Part shown: positions 1-9,313 of the stretch, piece after piece | How the letters are laid out: the number at the start of each line of letters is the position of its first letter | How positions within the stretch are numbered: the stretch's first letter is position 1 | From: an uncultured Verrucomicrobiae bacterium | GTDB taxonomy: Bacteria; Verrucomicrobiota; Verrucomicrobiia; Limisphaerales; Palsa-1400 | Direction: 5' to 3' | Assembly: GCA_963702845.1 (NCBI GenBank) | Contig: OY969763.1 | Location: 960,001-1,024,000 of the forward strand | Length of the DNA stretch: 64,000 bases | Position numbers and translations under genes: made by a program | The notes under the pieces: model-generated | Told to the model about the DNA's origin: nothing | What the model saw: the letters and a program-made list of their open reading frames with translations, nothing else | Database searches by the model: none

Positions 1-2
1 TC

Positions 3-1301
3 CAGAAGAAGGGTGGAACAGTTGCATCCATGGAAGCCGTCTCGATGGCCAACCGTTGGCAAAACGCAATTGATTCCTATGGCGGCTACCTGGCCAAAAC
101 ATTTTATCCCGCAAACCTGTGCGCGTTTTATCCCTTCCCGGAGCACTGGCCCATTATCCCGGTTTTGCTGAGTCTCGGAGTTGTCTTGGTGATTTCTGTG
201 GCGGCGTTGCTTTTGCGTGGGAAGAGCCCATATCTACCCGTCGGCTGGTTTTGGTTTTTGGGCACGCTTGTACCGGTGATTGGATTGGTGCAAGTCGGGC
301 GTCAAGCGATAGCGGATCGGTACACTTATGTGCCTTCGATTGGATTGCTTATTCTGGTCGCCTGGGGCGTGTATCAGGTGACGCGCTCATGGTCCTCACA
401 GAAAATTATTTTGGGCGTGGCCGCATCGACCATCGTCCTGGCGTGCGCGGTCGCAACACGCCAACAGATTCCAACCTGGAAAAACGGCGACGCCCTTTTC
501 CAACGCGCAGCCGCAGTGACAAAAGAAAATTATTATACGGATTGGGTTTTGGGCACTTTGGCGATGGATAAAAGCGACGCGCCAAAGGCATTACAATTAC
601 TTGGGCGATCGGTGGAGCTTTGTCCCAGTTTTCCGGACGCGCATGAAAGTTACGGAATCGCGCTGAAAAATGCCGGACGCACTGATGAAGCGATCCCGCA
701 ATTGATTGAGGCATTGAGGTTGAAATCAAGTTTGCCGAGCGCGCACAAAAATCTGGGCCTGGCTTTGACTGCAAAAGGCCGGCAGAATGAAGCCATTGGC
801 GAATTTCAAGCGGCCTTGCAAGTCGATCCGTCCGATGCCATCTCACACAATGGCTGGGGCAACGCGCTGGATTCCCTCAGTCGCGTGGATGAGGCTATGG
901 AACATTATCGGTCCGCGATCAAGCTAAACCCGGACTATGTCAACGCGCATAAAAACATTGGCCGGGAACTATTCCGAAAGGGCCTCCTCGAGGAAGCCAG
1001 GATAGAATTTGAAACTGTCCTCCGCTTAAAAAGCGATGACGCCGAAGCTCACAATCAGCTCGGAAAAACCCTGGGTCGACTGGGACGAACGGACGAAGCA
1101 ATCAACCAATTCGAACAGGCAGCAAAACTGCGGCCGAATGATGCTGACGTCCGCGTTAACCTGGGCGTGGCATTCCAAAGCAAAGGAAAAATAGATGAAG
1201 CCATCAGCCAATTCCGCGAGGCGCTTAAACTGAGTCCAGATATGACGTTCGCCAAAAAAAACCTGGAAGCCGCCGTGAGCCTCAAAAGCACTCTTAAATG
1301 A
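3..1301 (+). CDS. TMTC-like membrane glycosyltransferase (GT-C) with C-terminal TPR repeats, 5'-partial
   Basis: Frame is open from position 3. Hydrophobic helices with ADRYTYVP and TWKN motifs typical of TMTC-like proteins, then about 7 TPR repeats (AHNQLG...EAI..F..A). Confidence 0.85.
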   Translation, partial: QKKGGTVASMEAVSMANRWQNAIDSYGGYLAKTFYPANLCAFYPFPEHWPIIPVLLSLGVVLVISVAALLLRGKSPYLPVGWFWFLGTLVPVIGLVQVGRQAIADRYTYVPSIGLLILVAWGVYQVTRSWSSQKIILGVAASTIVLACAVATRQQIPTWKNGDALFQRAAAVTKENYYTDWVLGTLAMDKSDAPKALQLLGRSVELCPSFPDAHESYGIALKNAGRTDEAIPQLIEALRLKSSLPSAHKNLGLALTAKGRQNEAIGEFQAALQVDPSDAISHNGWGNALDSLSRVDEAMEHYRSAIKLNPDYVNAHKNIGRELFRKGLLEEARIEFETVLRLKSDDAEAHNQLGKTLGRLGRTDEAINQFEQAAKLRPNDADVRVNLGVAFQSKGKIDEAISQFREALKLSPDMTFAKKNLEAAVSLKSTLK

Positions 1302-1440
1302 GGTGTGGAGAAGTCGATTCTCCACCATAAAAAAACCGCTAATCGCAACATTGTTAGGACTGCAACCTTTTTGCTGTAATCCGAACGTGCGATTGACGGG
1401 AAATTAAGGTGGCACAAAAATTGATCCATAATTTAATGAC

Positions 1441-2865
1441 ATGAATAGGCTTTTTATTCTCTCGGTTCTTTTGCTGGTGACCATCCGCGGTTCCAATCGT
1501 GTAAGTGCAGCTCCCACTACACCTCAGTCGCCCGGTTACAACGTCTTGTTCCTCATGTGTGATGAGCATACCCCGAAGGTCCTGGGGTGTTACGGCGATC
1601 CACTGGTGAAAACGCCGACGCTGGATTCACTGGCTGCCCAAGGGGTGCGTTTTACTGCGGCCTACTGCCAAAATCCAATTTGTGTCCCATCGCGGGTGTC
1701 ATTTGTCAGCGGGCGGATGCCATGCCATATGAATGCATTTGGTTTCCGCAACACGGATAACCAGGCCTATCACGGAATCACTACGTTGGCCGATGTATTC
1801 AACGAAGGCGGCTACAAAACAGCGTGGCTTGGGAAGACTCATTGGGGAAACCCGCGGTTCCAGGAGGTTTTGGACGTCAAAAATAAAAAAGGGGCCAGTG
1901 ACGACGGCGAAGGCCCTGAGCGTTTGCCGCAAGACGCGAAAATCGCAAGCTGGCCGGTCGAAAAAAACCCGGAGCATTTGACTGCCAATGAAGCGCTCAG
2001 CTTTCTCGACCGCAACAAGGGCAATAAATTCTTCCTGGGTATCTCCTTCGTCAGGCCGCATTTCCCGTTCATTATCCAGGACAAGTACTACAATCTTTAC
2101 AAGGGAAAGGTCACTCTGCCCCGAGAAACCCAGGATTTGATCCAGGAACTGCCTGCCGTTTCCAAGCAGGAACGGAAGCGGTATAAACACGCTCAGGCTA
2201 CGGAGGCAGATATCCTGCGCGCCAGGGCGATGTACTATGGGATGGTCACTTATGTAGACGAAGAGTTCGGACGCATTCTCAAAAAGCTGGACGAACTCGG
2301 CCTCCGCGAGAACACGATCATTATTTATACGTCCGACCACGGCGAAATGCTCGGCAATCGGGGCATCTGGTACAAGAACAGTTTTTACGATGGTTCGGCC
2401 AGCATTCCGTTTATCTGGTCTTTTCCTAAAGAGCTTCCCCATGGAAAAATCGTCACAACCGCCGCGATGAACATGGATATTTTCCCGACGCTCTGTGAGC
2501 TTTGCAAACTGCCCACACCCGCCGGGCTGGAGGGCAGTAGCCTGGTGCCGGTAATGAAAGGCACAGACGATGGAAGCGCACGTTATGCTTTGTCAGAAAA
2601 TTATCGGGACGGTTTTGCCGGACGCATGATTCGCACTGCCCAATGGAAATACTTCTTCTACAACAAAGGCGGAGAATACCTTTACGACATGCGGGCCGAC
2701 CCCGGTGAAGAAGTGAACCTCGCGAAGAAGCCCGAATTGCAACAACTCGTACAGGATTTAAAGGCGAAAGCCATCGTTGGTTGGAAAACATCGGGCAAGA
2801 CCACTGCTGTCGCGAGCGCAACGGGCGATTCGGCAAAGACCGGCGGCAAGAAAAGGAAACAGTAA
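1441..2865 (+). CDS. Secreted sulfatase (choline-sulfatase-like)
   Basis: Signal peptide, NVLFLMCDEH, formylglycine motif CVPSR, GKTHW, YTSDHG, YLYDMRADPGE. Confidence 0.9.
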   Translation: MNRLFILSVLLLVTIRGSNRVSAAPTTPQSPGYNVLFLMCDEHTPKVLGCYGDPLVKTPTLDSLAAQGVRFTAAYCQNPICVPSRVSFVSGRMPCHMNAFGFRNTDNQAYHGITTLADVFNEGGYKTAWLGKTHWGNPRFQEVLDVKNKKGASDDGEGPERLPQDAKIASWPVEKNPEHLTANEALSFLDRNKGNKFFLGISFVRPHFPFIIQDKYYNLYKGKVTLPRETQDLIQELPAVSKQERKRYKHAQATEADILRARAMYYGMVTYVDEEFGRILKKLDELGLRENTIIIYTSDHGEMLGNRGIWYKNSFYDGSASIPFIWSFPKELPHGKIVTTAAMNMDIFPTLCELCKLPTPAGLEGSSLVPVMKGTDDGSARYALSENYRDGFAGRMIRTAQWKYFFYNKGGEYLYDMRADPGEEVNLAKKPELQQLVQDLKAKAIVGWKTSGKTTAVASATGDSAKTGGKKRKQ

Positions 2866-2907
2866 CAAGAATTGCAGGATGTCGCTTCGCTGGTCGGCGA
2901 TGCCGGG

Positions 2908-4555
2908 TCAAAGCATCGTCTTTTGCTATGCAACCCGCTTGCCCCACTTGGTTCGGGAGGCGCTTGCGTCTCGATTTGCGGGGTGCCATTCCCGTCGAAA
3001 CAGCGCACCGTAAAAGTATGTTTGCCGGGCCGAAACGGCCAGTCGTAGCGCCAGATCACCCACGTCAAATCTGACAAAGGCGCTCGCAAGGCGGCAGATT
3101 TCCACGGTCCATTATCGACTCGCACCTCCACTTTTGAAATTCCACGGACGCCGGCGTGAGCGATGCCGCCGATCGGCACGCGTTTTTTCTGATCCGCCGC
3201 AACAATCGTCATGTCCACGGCGACCGTGTCGATCACCGAGGTTGCCTTCATCCGCGCCTCTTTATCCCAACCTCGCTTGACCCAGTAACCTGGTTCCCAG
3301 TGATCTGTAGCTTCTATCGACTCGATCCATTTCGGTTGCTTCATCCCATGCACATTGGGAATGTAAATGCGCAGTGGAAAACCGTGGTCCCGCGTCAAAG
3401 GCACACCGTCCCAATCGTAAGCCAGCATAATTCGCGGGTCGGCGCGAATCGCTTCCAGCGCGACCACTTCGTAAAAATCATCCGCGCTGCGAATTTTCAG
3501 ATGTGTGGCTGCGGGTTGGAGCTTCAGGTTCGGCAATATGCGGTTGAAGCTCACCCCGCTCCAACGCGTCGTGCCGATGAGATCGCCGCCAACTGGATTG
3601 GAGATGCATGAAAGAGTGATAAACTGGTGCAGCGGTTCATAACGGCGCAGTTCCTCCAGCGTCAACGACAGCGGTTTTTCAACCAGACCGTTGACTTTCA
3701 ACCGCCACGTCCGCTCCTCGACGGCGGGCGGAATCGTATTGATGTCGATTCGGTAATGCCCTTCCAACGGCGTAAATTCCCGGCGTGTTCCCGGTGCCGG
3801 TTGCACTGCGGCCTCGGCGTTCGGCAGCGCATGGGTTGCCGGACCAACGAACACTTGCGGCGCGGGCCGCCTTCATTGCCTCTTGTCGGTGCATCTCAGC
3901 CAATTGGCCGACAACCGTCCCCGCTACTGTGATCACCGCTGTGCTGCCACCCAATCGAACGAGAAACCTGCGCCGGTCCAGACGTTCTGCCGAAGCGACA
4001 CTCTCGTCTGCGCCAGCCTCAATCTCAACCGGAGGACGGGACTGCCAGCCGTTTTGCTGCCCAGCCGAGAACGATCGCCCAGGCCAAAAACGACAACAAC
4101 ACCCAGATTCCGCTCATCCACGGTCCCCAGCTTGACGTTCGACCCTGCATATTGCTGACCAGCATCGCTGGAACGCCCAGGAGAATTCCCCACGCGGTGC
4201 CGAGGATCCACGCCCGACGCCTGTTCGAGCTCCGGACAAGACAGAAGAGAATCGATCCGGCGACAACCCCGGCGACAAGGAACCCAATGACCGCCATGCT
4301 CTGTTCAGCCAATTTGGCCACCTCCGAAGTCGGCCCGATGTTGAGCGCGCGGATTACGGTCACCATTGAGCCGATGCCAAATCGGATGAAAGATCCCGGC
4401 AGCACCCGAGTCAGCGCGTCAAAGAAATCGAAAGGCACAAACGGCAATCCGATCACAGCCCATCCGAAATAGAGAACCGCAATCAATGCGACAGTGAGAA
4501 ATCCAACGACAAAAACGCCGGTAAAAATGGATTCCTTATCCCGTGAAGTTTTCAT
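2908..4555 (-). pseudogene. Membrane-anchored molybdopterin oxidoreductase (sulfite oxidase/MsrP family), frameshifted as written
   Basis: TM segment (4025-4555), then a DRRRFL helix in another frame, then the Moco domain (TLSCISNPVGG, HGFPLRI, KQPKW). Shifts near 4040, 3843 and 2920; corrected end HSKTML* at 2908. Probably sequence errors. Confidence 0.8.
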
Positions 4556-4681
4556 AAATCCTTCATTCACGTTCCTCCCAAAGCACCCTCATGCCAGTCG
4601 CTGACAGTCCGCAAGCCCGCTCCTCCGTACCGGTGTAAACCCGATTCGTCCACTAAGTCTCAAACAGTTACACTACACTTA

Positions 4682-4709
4682 TTGACATGCCGTTGCTATA
4701 CTTTATAAT
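4682..4709 (+). promoter_or_regulatory. Consensus sigma70 promoter, no protein gene downstream
   Basis: TTGACA (4682-4687), 16 nt spacer, TATAAT (4704-4709). Confidence 0.7.
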
Positions 4710-4715
4710 GTCTTC

Positions 4716-4875
4716 GGCCGCCAGTCCTTACCGGTATTCGGGAGACAGAAAACCGGATGCGCTCTTTGACAAAAGTAGAAACATTTCCTTCTACAAATCT
4801 TCTCCGCTTGGCAACTAATTGCCGGAAGTAGAAGAAGCAAAACATTCCGATGATTTTTTTGAGCGCCCCGCATCA
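4716..4875 (+). ncRNA. Putative structured non-coding transcript containing an rrn-type boxA
   Basis: Follows the consensus promoter. CCGGT..ACCGG hairpin, GCTCTTTGACAA (4761-4772), further stems GTAGAA/TTCTAC and GGCAA/TTGCC, long-range GATGCGCTC/GAGC..GCATC. Ends uncertain. Confidence 0.4.
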
Positions 4876-4906
4876 GTTACCAAAACGCCAGTTTCCAACC
4901 GGCAGC

Positions 4907-7510
4907 CTACAACCAGCTATTGCCCGGAAACTTCCGTTGCAACGTCGGTTTCAGTTTCGGATACGCGTTCGTTTTGAACGCCGGCCAGTTGAAGGTCGAT
5001 TCAATGCGTTTGCCGTCGGGCGAGCACAGCCAAAGTTTTATCGGAACCTGCCCTTCACAAATGTGCGGGTGTTCCTTCAGGGCGAAACATTCGGTGATTT
5101 TCACCTGCAACTCCGGTGAATTCGGCTCGCCATCTTCGTCGCGCGCCTGTTCGGGATAAAGTAGTTTCAATTTGCGCTCGTCCGGCCAGGTGATCGTCAG
5201 CGGCGCAAGTTCGTTGAGCCAATCCATCTTGTCTTTGCCGAACTGTTCAACGATCGCATTGCGCAACGGCGCAGCCTGCGCTTCTTTCACCAATGTCATC
5301 CCGGCAAACGCCTTCGCCAACGCGTCGCTGATTGCTTTCGCATCGAACGCCGGCAGGTCCAAATCAGGCATGGCCGCCGAGACCAGATTGACGCGCGAAA
5401 TGAACTGTTTGATCTCGTGATTCAACTGCGGCAGCTCGAAATATTGTTGTGCATACGCGTCCGCCAGGCACCGGCCGGAAGCAACGGGATCGATCTCCTT
5501 TTGGTGCTCGTGATGAATGACGAGGTCGTGGAACCGGATCAGTTTGATCGCCGTCACGCGCTTGTGCGTGCGGTCGAAAAGATGCTCGACGCGCGTTGTG
5601 ATTTGTTCGGCAAACATCTCCTCGATCCACTCGCGCTTCACCGCCGTCGCGAGCCCGAGCAAGGTCATGTTCCCGGTGCGTCCGGCGACTTCCCGAATAC
5701 TCGTCACGACGAACAACGGCGAATCTTGCACCACACTCTCGCGCATGAGCGTTCCAGAACGGCCTTCGGTTAATTCACAATCCAAGGTCCCTTGATCGCG
5801 CCGCTTGCAAAGTTGATCAATGAATCCAGCCATAATACAGCGCAGCAAAAGATCGTCCGCCGAAGGTTGATGTTCGACAGCGGAGTCTTGTTTCTGGCCA
5901 TCGTCCCTCGACCTTCGACCCTCGACCAGACTGCGCTCCGCCACCTGCAAAATCTGCTCAAACGTCTCATTAACCTGTCGGGCAATTTGCGCGTGAACGC
6001 CATATCGACGACAACGATCCAGGGTGAAGTGATTGGTCTTCGCAAACTGCCACGCGCGCATGAGCGTGTAAAAATCCGAATCCGCGCTCGCCTCAAAAAG
6101 CTCTCGCGCTTCGGCGATGTGTTTGTCATCGCGCCCAAGTCGCATCAACAAATCGCGCCCGCTCACGAGCGCCGCACACAACGCCGCAGTGGGAATGCAC
6201 TTGTGTTTCGCGGCCTCAACCAACATGCGCGAATAGCGCGGGTGCATAGGCAATCGCAGCATCTGCCGGCCGATCGCCGTTAAATCCGATAACGAGCTGG
6301 AGCTTGAAATCGACAGTGCGCCAAGAGTTCGAAGCAGGTTCTCCGCGCGCTCGACCGCTTGTGCATCGGGTTTGTCGAGCCAATCGAACTGCGCCGCGTT
6401 TTTGATGCCGAGTGAATGAAGCAGTAAAACCGTCTCGGCCAAATCACTGCGCTGGATTTCAGGCGTGTTGCGTTCCGGCCGATTCAAATGCCCGCTCTCC
6501 GTCCACAAACGGTGACACGTCCCCGGCGCAGTACGTCCCGCGCGACCCGCGCGTTGGTCAGCCGACGCCCGGCTGATCGGCTCCAGAAACAAAGTGCTGA
6601 TGCCTCGTTCAGCATCATACCGCGCAACGCGCGCCAGGCCGCTATCGACCACGTGTTGAATACCGTCGATGGTCACCGAAGTTTCGGCAACATTCGTTGA
6701 GACAATAACTTTGCGCAACGGATTTGGTGCGAACGCCAAATCCTGCTCGTCCGGTTGCAACTCGCCGTGAAGCGGAATCAAAGCCAGCTTTTCACTGCTT
6801 TTAATCGTGCGGCACGCCCCCATGGTCGCGTTGATTTCCGCCATGCCCGGCATGAAAACGAGGATGTCACCCACTTCGTTGGACTTGAGGATGCGTTCGA
6901 CTTCATCCGCCGCCTGCTCGGTGATCGGCCGCTCGTCAGGGATGTCCAGGTGCTCGATTTGCACCGGATACGAACGGCCTTCGGAAATCATGATGGGACA
7001 ACCATCCAAATACTTCGCCACCGGCTCAGCATCCAAAGTCGCGGACATCACGCCAATCTTTAGATCAGGCCGATGCGTTTTTTGAATCTGTTTGGCGAGT
7101 GCCAGAGCGACATCACTCAAAAGATTCCGTTCGTGAAATTCGTCGAAAAGTATAATGCCCACGTCACTGAGCGTGGGATCATCCTGCAGCCAACGGAGCA
7201 GAATGCCTTCGGTGACAAAACAGATACGAGTCCCGAGACTGGTGTGGTCGTCGAATCGAATTTGATAACCGACCTCTCCACCCAGTTTCACTTTCCGTTC
7301 CCAGGCGACGCGTGCTGCGACGGTTCGTGCCGCGACCCTGCGCGGCTGTAGAACGACGATGCGCTTGGTTCCGGCAAGGCCCGCATCCAGGAGCATTTGG
7401 GGGACCTGCGTCGTTTTACCCGATCCGGTCGGCGCGACCAGCACCAGCCGATTTTGCGTTCGGAGCGAGTCAACGATTTGCGAATGGATTTGCCAAATCG
7501 GAAGTGCCAT
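4907..7510 (-). CDS. hrpB: ATP-dependent RNA helicase HrpB (DEAH family)
   Basis: APTGSGKTT, QPRRVAA, DEFHER, MSATL, TNVAETSVTIDG, QRAGRAGR, and an HrpB-like C-terminus. Confidence 0.9.
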   Translation of the reverse strand: MALPIWQIHSQIVDSLRTQNRLVLVAPTGSGKTTQVPQMLLDAGLAGTKRIVVLQPRRVAARTVAARVAWERKVKLGGEVGYQIRFDDHTSLGTRICFVTEGILLRWLQDDPTLSDVGIILFDEFHERNLLSDVALALAKQIQKTHRPDLKIGVMSATLDAEPVAKYLDGCPIMISEGRSYPVQIEHLDIPDERPITEQAADEVERILKSNEVGDILVFMPGMAEINATMGACRTIKSSEKLALIPLHGELQPDEQDLAFAPNPLRKVIVSTNVAETSVTIDGIQHVVDSGLARVARYDAERGISTLFLEPISRASADQRAGRAGRTAPGTCHRLWTESGHLNRPERNTPEIQRSDLAETVLLLHSLGIKNAAQFDWLDKPDAQAVERAENLLRTLGALSISSSSSLSDLTAIGRQMLRLPMHPRYSRMLVEAAKHKCIPTAALCAALVSGRDLLMRLGRDDKHIAEARELFEASADSDFYTLMRAWQFAKTNHFTLDRCRRYGVHAQIARQVNETFEQILQVAERSLVEGRRSRDDGQKQDSAVEHQPSADDLLLRCIMAGFIDQLCKRRDQGTLDCELTEGRSGTLMRESVVQDSPLFVVTSIREVAGRTGNMTLLGLATAVKREWIEEMFAEQITTRVEHLFDRTHKRVTAIKLIRFHDLVIHHEHQKEIDPVASGRCLADAYAQQYFELPQLNHEIKQFISRVNLVSAAMPDLDLPAFDAKAISDALAKAFAGMTLVKEAQAAPLRNAIVEQFGKDKMDWLNELAPLTITWPDERKLKLLYPEQARDEDGEPNSPELQVKITECFALKEHPHICEGQVPIKLWLCSPDGKRIESTFNWPAFKTNAYPKLKPTLQRKFPGNSWL

Positions 7511-7551
7511 CGGACCAACCTATACTCAGAATGGAAACGTTGCAGTCCGTG

Positions 7552-7845
7552 CTACGACTTAGCCACGAACAGCAGAATGAGGACAACCAGCGATACGACC
7601 ATCATCATGCCAGCGGGCATGACCTTCTTGGTGCGGATGAACCGTGTGCCAAAAATGAGGAGGAGGAATCCGACAACAAGGTGGGCGACATACGGCTGTG
7701 TGATTTTCCCAAGCGCCACGAGTGCGAGGATCACCGCAAAGATTACGGAACTAATCAGCGAAATCCTGCTCTTCCCTTTGATGAATCCCATCAGGCCGCC
7801 GACGATGAGCAGCGCAACGTAAATCCAGATGACGTTAGTAAACAT
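7552..7845 (-). CDS. TMEM14/FAX-family small membrane protein
   Basis: 97 aa, 4 hydrophobic segments, motifs GGLMGFIKGKS.ISLI and RFIRTKKVMPAG. Confidence 0.8.
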   Translation of the reverse strand: MFTNVIWIYVALLIVGGLMGFIKGKSRISLISSVIFAVILALVALGKITQPYVAHLVVGFLLLIFGTRFIRTKKVMPAGMMMVVSLVVLILLFVAKS

Positions 7846-8040
7846 CCCAGTAACTTTCCCTAATCGTCGTTGCCAGCCAAGCACCGATTTGGAGCCAGTT
7901 TTACTTGCCCATGAGGATGGCTGTTGCATAATCGTTCTACGCAAGTGTTGAGCCTTGTTCGCGGTTGCGACGTGTTCGTGACGGGTGGACAAAGTGAGTC
8001 AGTTTGAATGCCTTAATGCTTGGTTTATAGTTTGTGCGCT

Positions 8041-8117
8041 GCGCGCGTAGCTCAATTGGATAGAGTAACGGCCTCCGAAGCCGCAGGTTGTGGGTTCAAC
8101 TCCCGCCGCGCGCACCA
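8041..8117 (+). tRNA. tRNA-Arg(CCG)
   Basis: Cloverleaf: GCGCGCG acceptor stem, D arm AGCTCAATTGGATAGAG, anticodon loop CTCCGAA, GGTTCAAC T-loop, encoded CCA. Confidence 0.97.
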
Positions 8118-8137
8118 TCTCAATATTTCCCTCCCAA

Positions 8138-8542
8138 ATGACAGATTTTTTCCCGAAACCCGGTGGTGGCCCTAAATCCGTCTTATTGCTCGAAGACGAA
8201 GGCGCTTTGACCGAAGTGCTCAAGGTCCATCTCGAGATGAACGCGTGGGAAGTCACCGCCGTCACCAACGGTGTGGATGGCCTGAAACACGTGCTGGAGC
8301 GGGATTTTGATATCATCGTCTGTGACATGATGATGGAGAAACTGGCCGGCGATATGTTTTACCTTGCGGTGGAGCGTTCCAAGCCACAATTGTGCAAGCG
8401 TTTCGTTTTCATGACCGGTTACAAAGGGAACCAGAAAATCGAAGATTTCATCCGCAAAGTTAATGGGTTGATGTTGTGGAAGCCATTCGAAGCCTACGAA
8501 CTGATTGACGCGATGAGGTCAGTTATGCAATCGAGGCGTTAA
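8138..8542 (+). CDS. Single-domain response regulator (receiver)
   Basis: VLLLEDE, DIIVCDMMM, FMTG, KPF. Confidence 0.9.
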   Translation: MTDFFPKPGGGPKSVLLLEDEGALTEVLKVHLEMNAWEVTAVTNGVDGLKHVLERDFDIIVCDMMMEKLAGDMFYLAVERSKPQLCKRFVFMTGYKGNQKIEDFIRKVNGLMLWKPFEAYELIDAMRSVMQSRR

Positions 8543-8575
8543 CCAATTGCACTCATGGTGCGTCTCATCGATTGC

Positions 8576-9301
8576 ATGACCAAATTTCTGCGCTGTTTTT
8601 TCGTCGCTTTAGCGTTCGTTTGTGTTCCGAGCCTTTTCGGCCAGGATAAATCCACTGCTGCGGTCGAACCGCCCAGAGTCGATCCCGGTCATATTGGTGG
8701 GCCGCCGTCCGATGCCATTGTTTTGTTCGACGGCAATGATCTTTCCAAATGGGTCAATGACACTAATGGGCCGGCTGATTGGGTCGTGAATGACGGCGTC
8801 GTCACTGTCCGCGGCACGAACCAGATGTTCACGAAGCAAGCGTTCGGCGATTGCCAATTACACGTCGAATGGGCGTCGCCCAACCCGCCTAAAGGCAAAG
8901 GGCAGGCGAGGGGAAATAGCGGCATCTATCTACAGAGCCGATATGAAGTGCAGGTCCTCGATTCGATCGACAACCCGACTTACTTCAATGGCCAAGCTGG
9001 TTCGATCTACAAACAATACGCGCCCCTGGTGAATGCCTGCCGCAAACCCGGTGAATGGCAGACCTACGATATCGTTTTCCATGCGCCACGTTTCGCCGAT
9101 GACGGCAAGTTGATCACTCCGGCGCGAGTTACGCTATTGCACAATGGAGTCCTCGTCCTCGACAACGTGGAGTTAAAAGGATTCACCCATAACGACAACG
9201 TCCCCAGCGTTTACCTACAGCACAATCTGAAGGAACCGTTACGCCTGCAAAATCATCACAGCGCAGTGCGTTTCAGAAATATTTGGATCCGGGAACTCTG
9301 A
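8576..9301 (+). CDS. DUF1080 / 3-keto-disaccharide hydrolase family protein
   Basis: Signal peptide, LFDGNDLSKW, GNSGIY, YEVQVLDS, LQNHH, FRNIWIREL. Confidence 0.9.
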   Translation: MTKFLRCFFVALAFVCVPSLFGQDKSTAAVEPPRVDPGHIGGPPSDAIVLFDGNDLSKWVNDTNGPADWVVNDGVVTVRGTNQMFTKQAFGDCQLHVEWASPNPPKGKGQARGNSGIYLQSRYEVQVLDSIDNPTYFNGQAGSIYKQYAPLVNACRKPGEWQTYDIVFHAPRFADDGKLITPARVTLLHNGVLVLDNVELKGFTHNDNVPSVYLQHNLKEPLRLQNHHSAVRFRNIWIREL

Positions 9302-9313
9302 TCTAAAGCGGAG

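Noticed and set aside
1305..1325. Terminator after the TPR gene
   Set aside because: An 8-bp hairpin is present but no U tract follows it on either strand.
1410..1425. Sigma54 promoter TGGCAC-N5-TTGAT before the sulfatase
   Set aside because: The conserved -12 GC is GA; too weak to call.
2682..2907. Long convergent overlap of oxidoreductase and sulfatase
   Set aside because: Best explained by an indel near 2920 that bypasses the natural stop at 2908.
4708..4818. 36-aa ORF MSSAASPYRY...
   Set aside because: The ATG overlaps the -10 box, so it would not be in the transcript; no RBS or recognisable motif.
4716..4875. SRP RNA, tmRNA, RNase P or 6S identity
   Set aside because: No SRP domain IV GGAA motif, tRNA-like ends or RNase P signature. 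6S cannot be excluded by eye, but the fold looks multibranched.
8041..8140. tRNA as an island integration site
   Set aside because: No integrase nearby and no duplicated tRNA 3' end seen.
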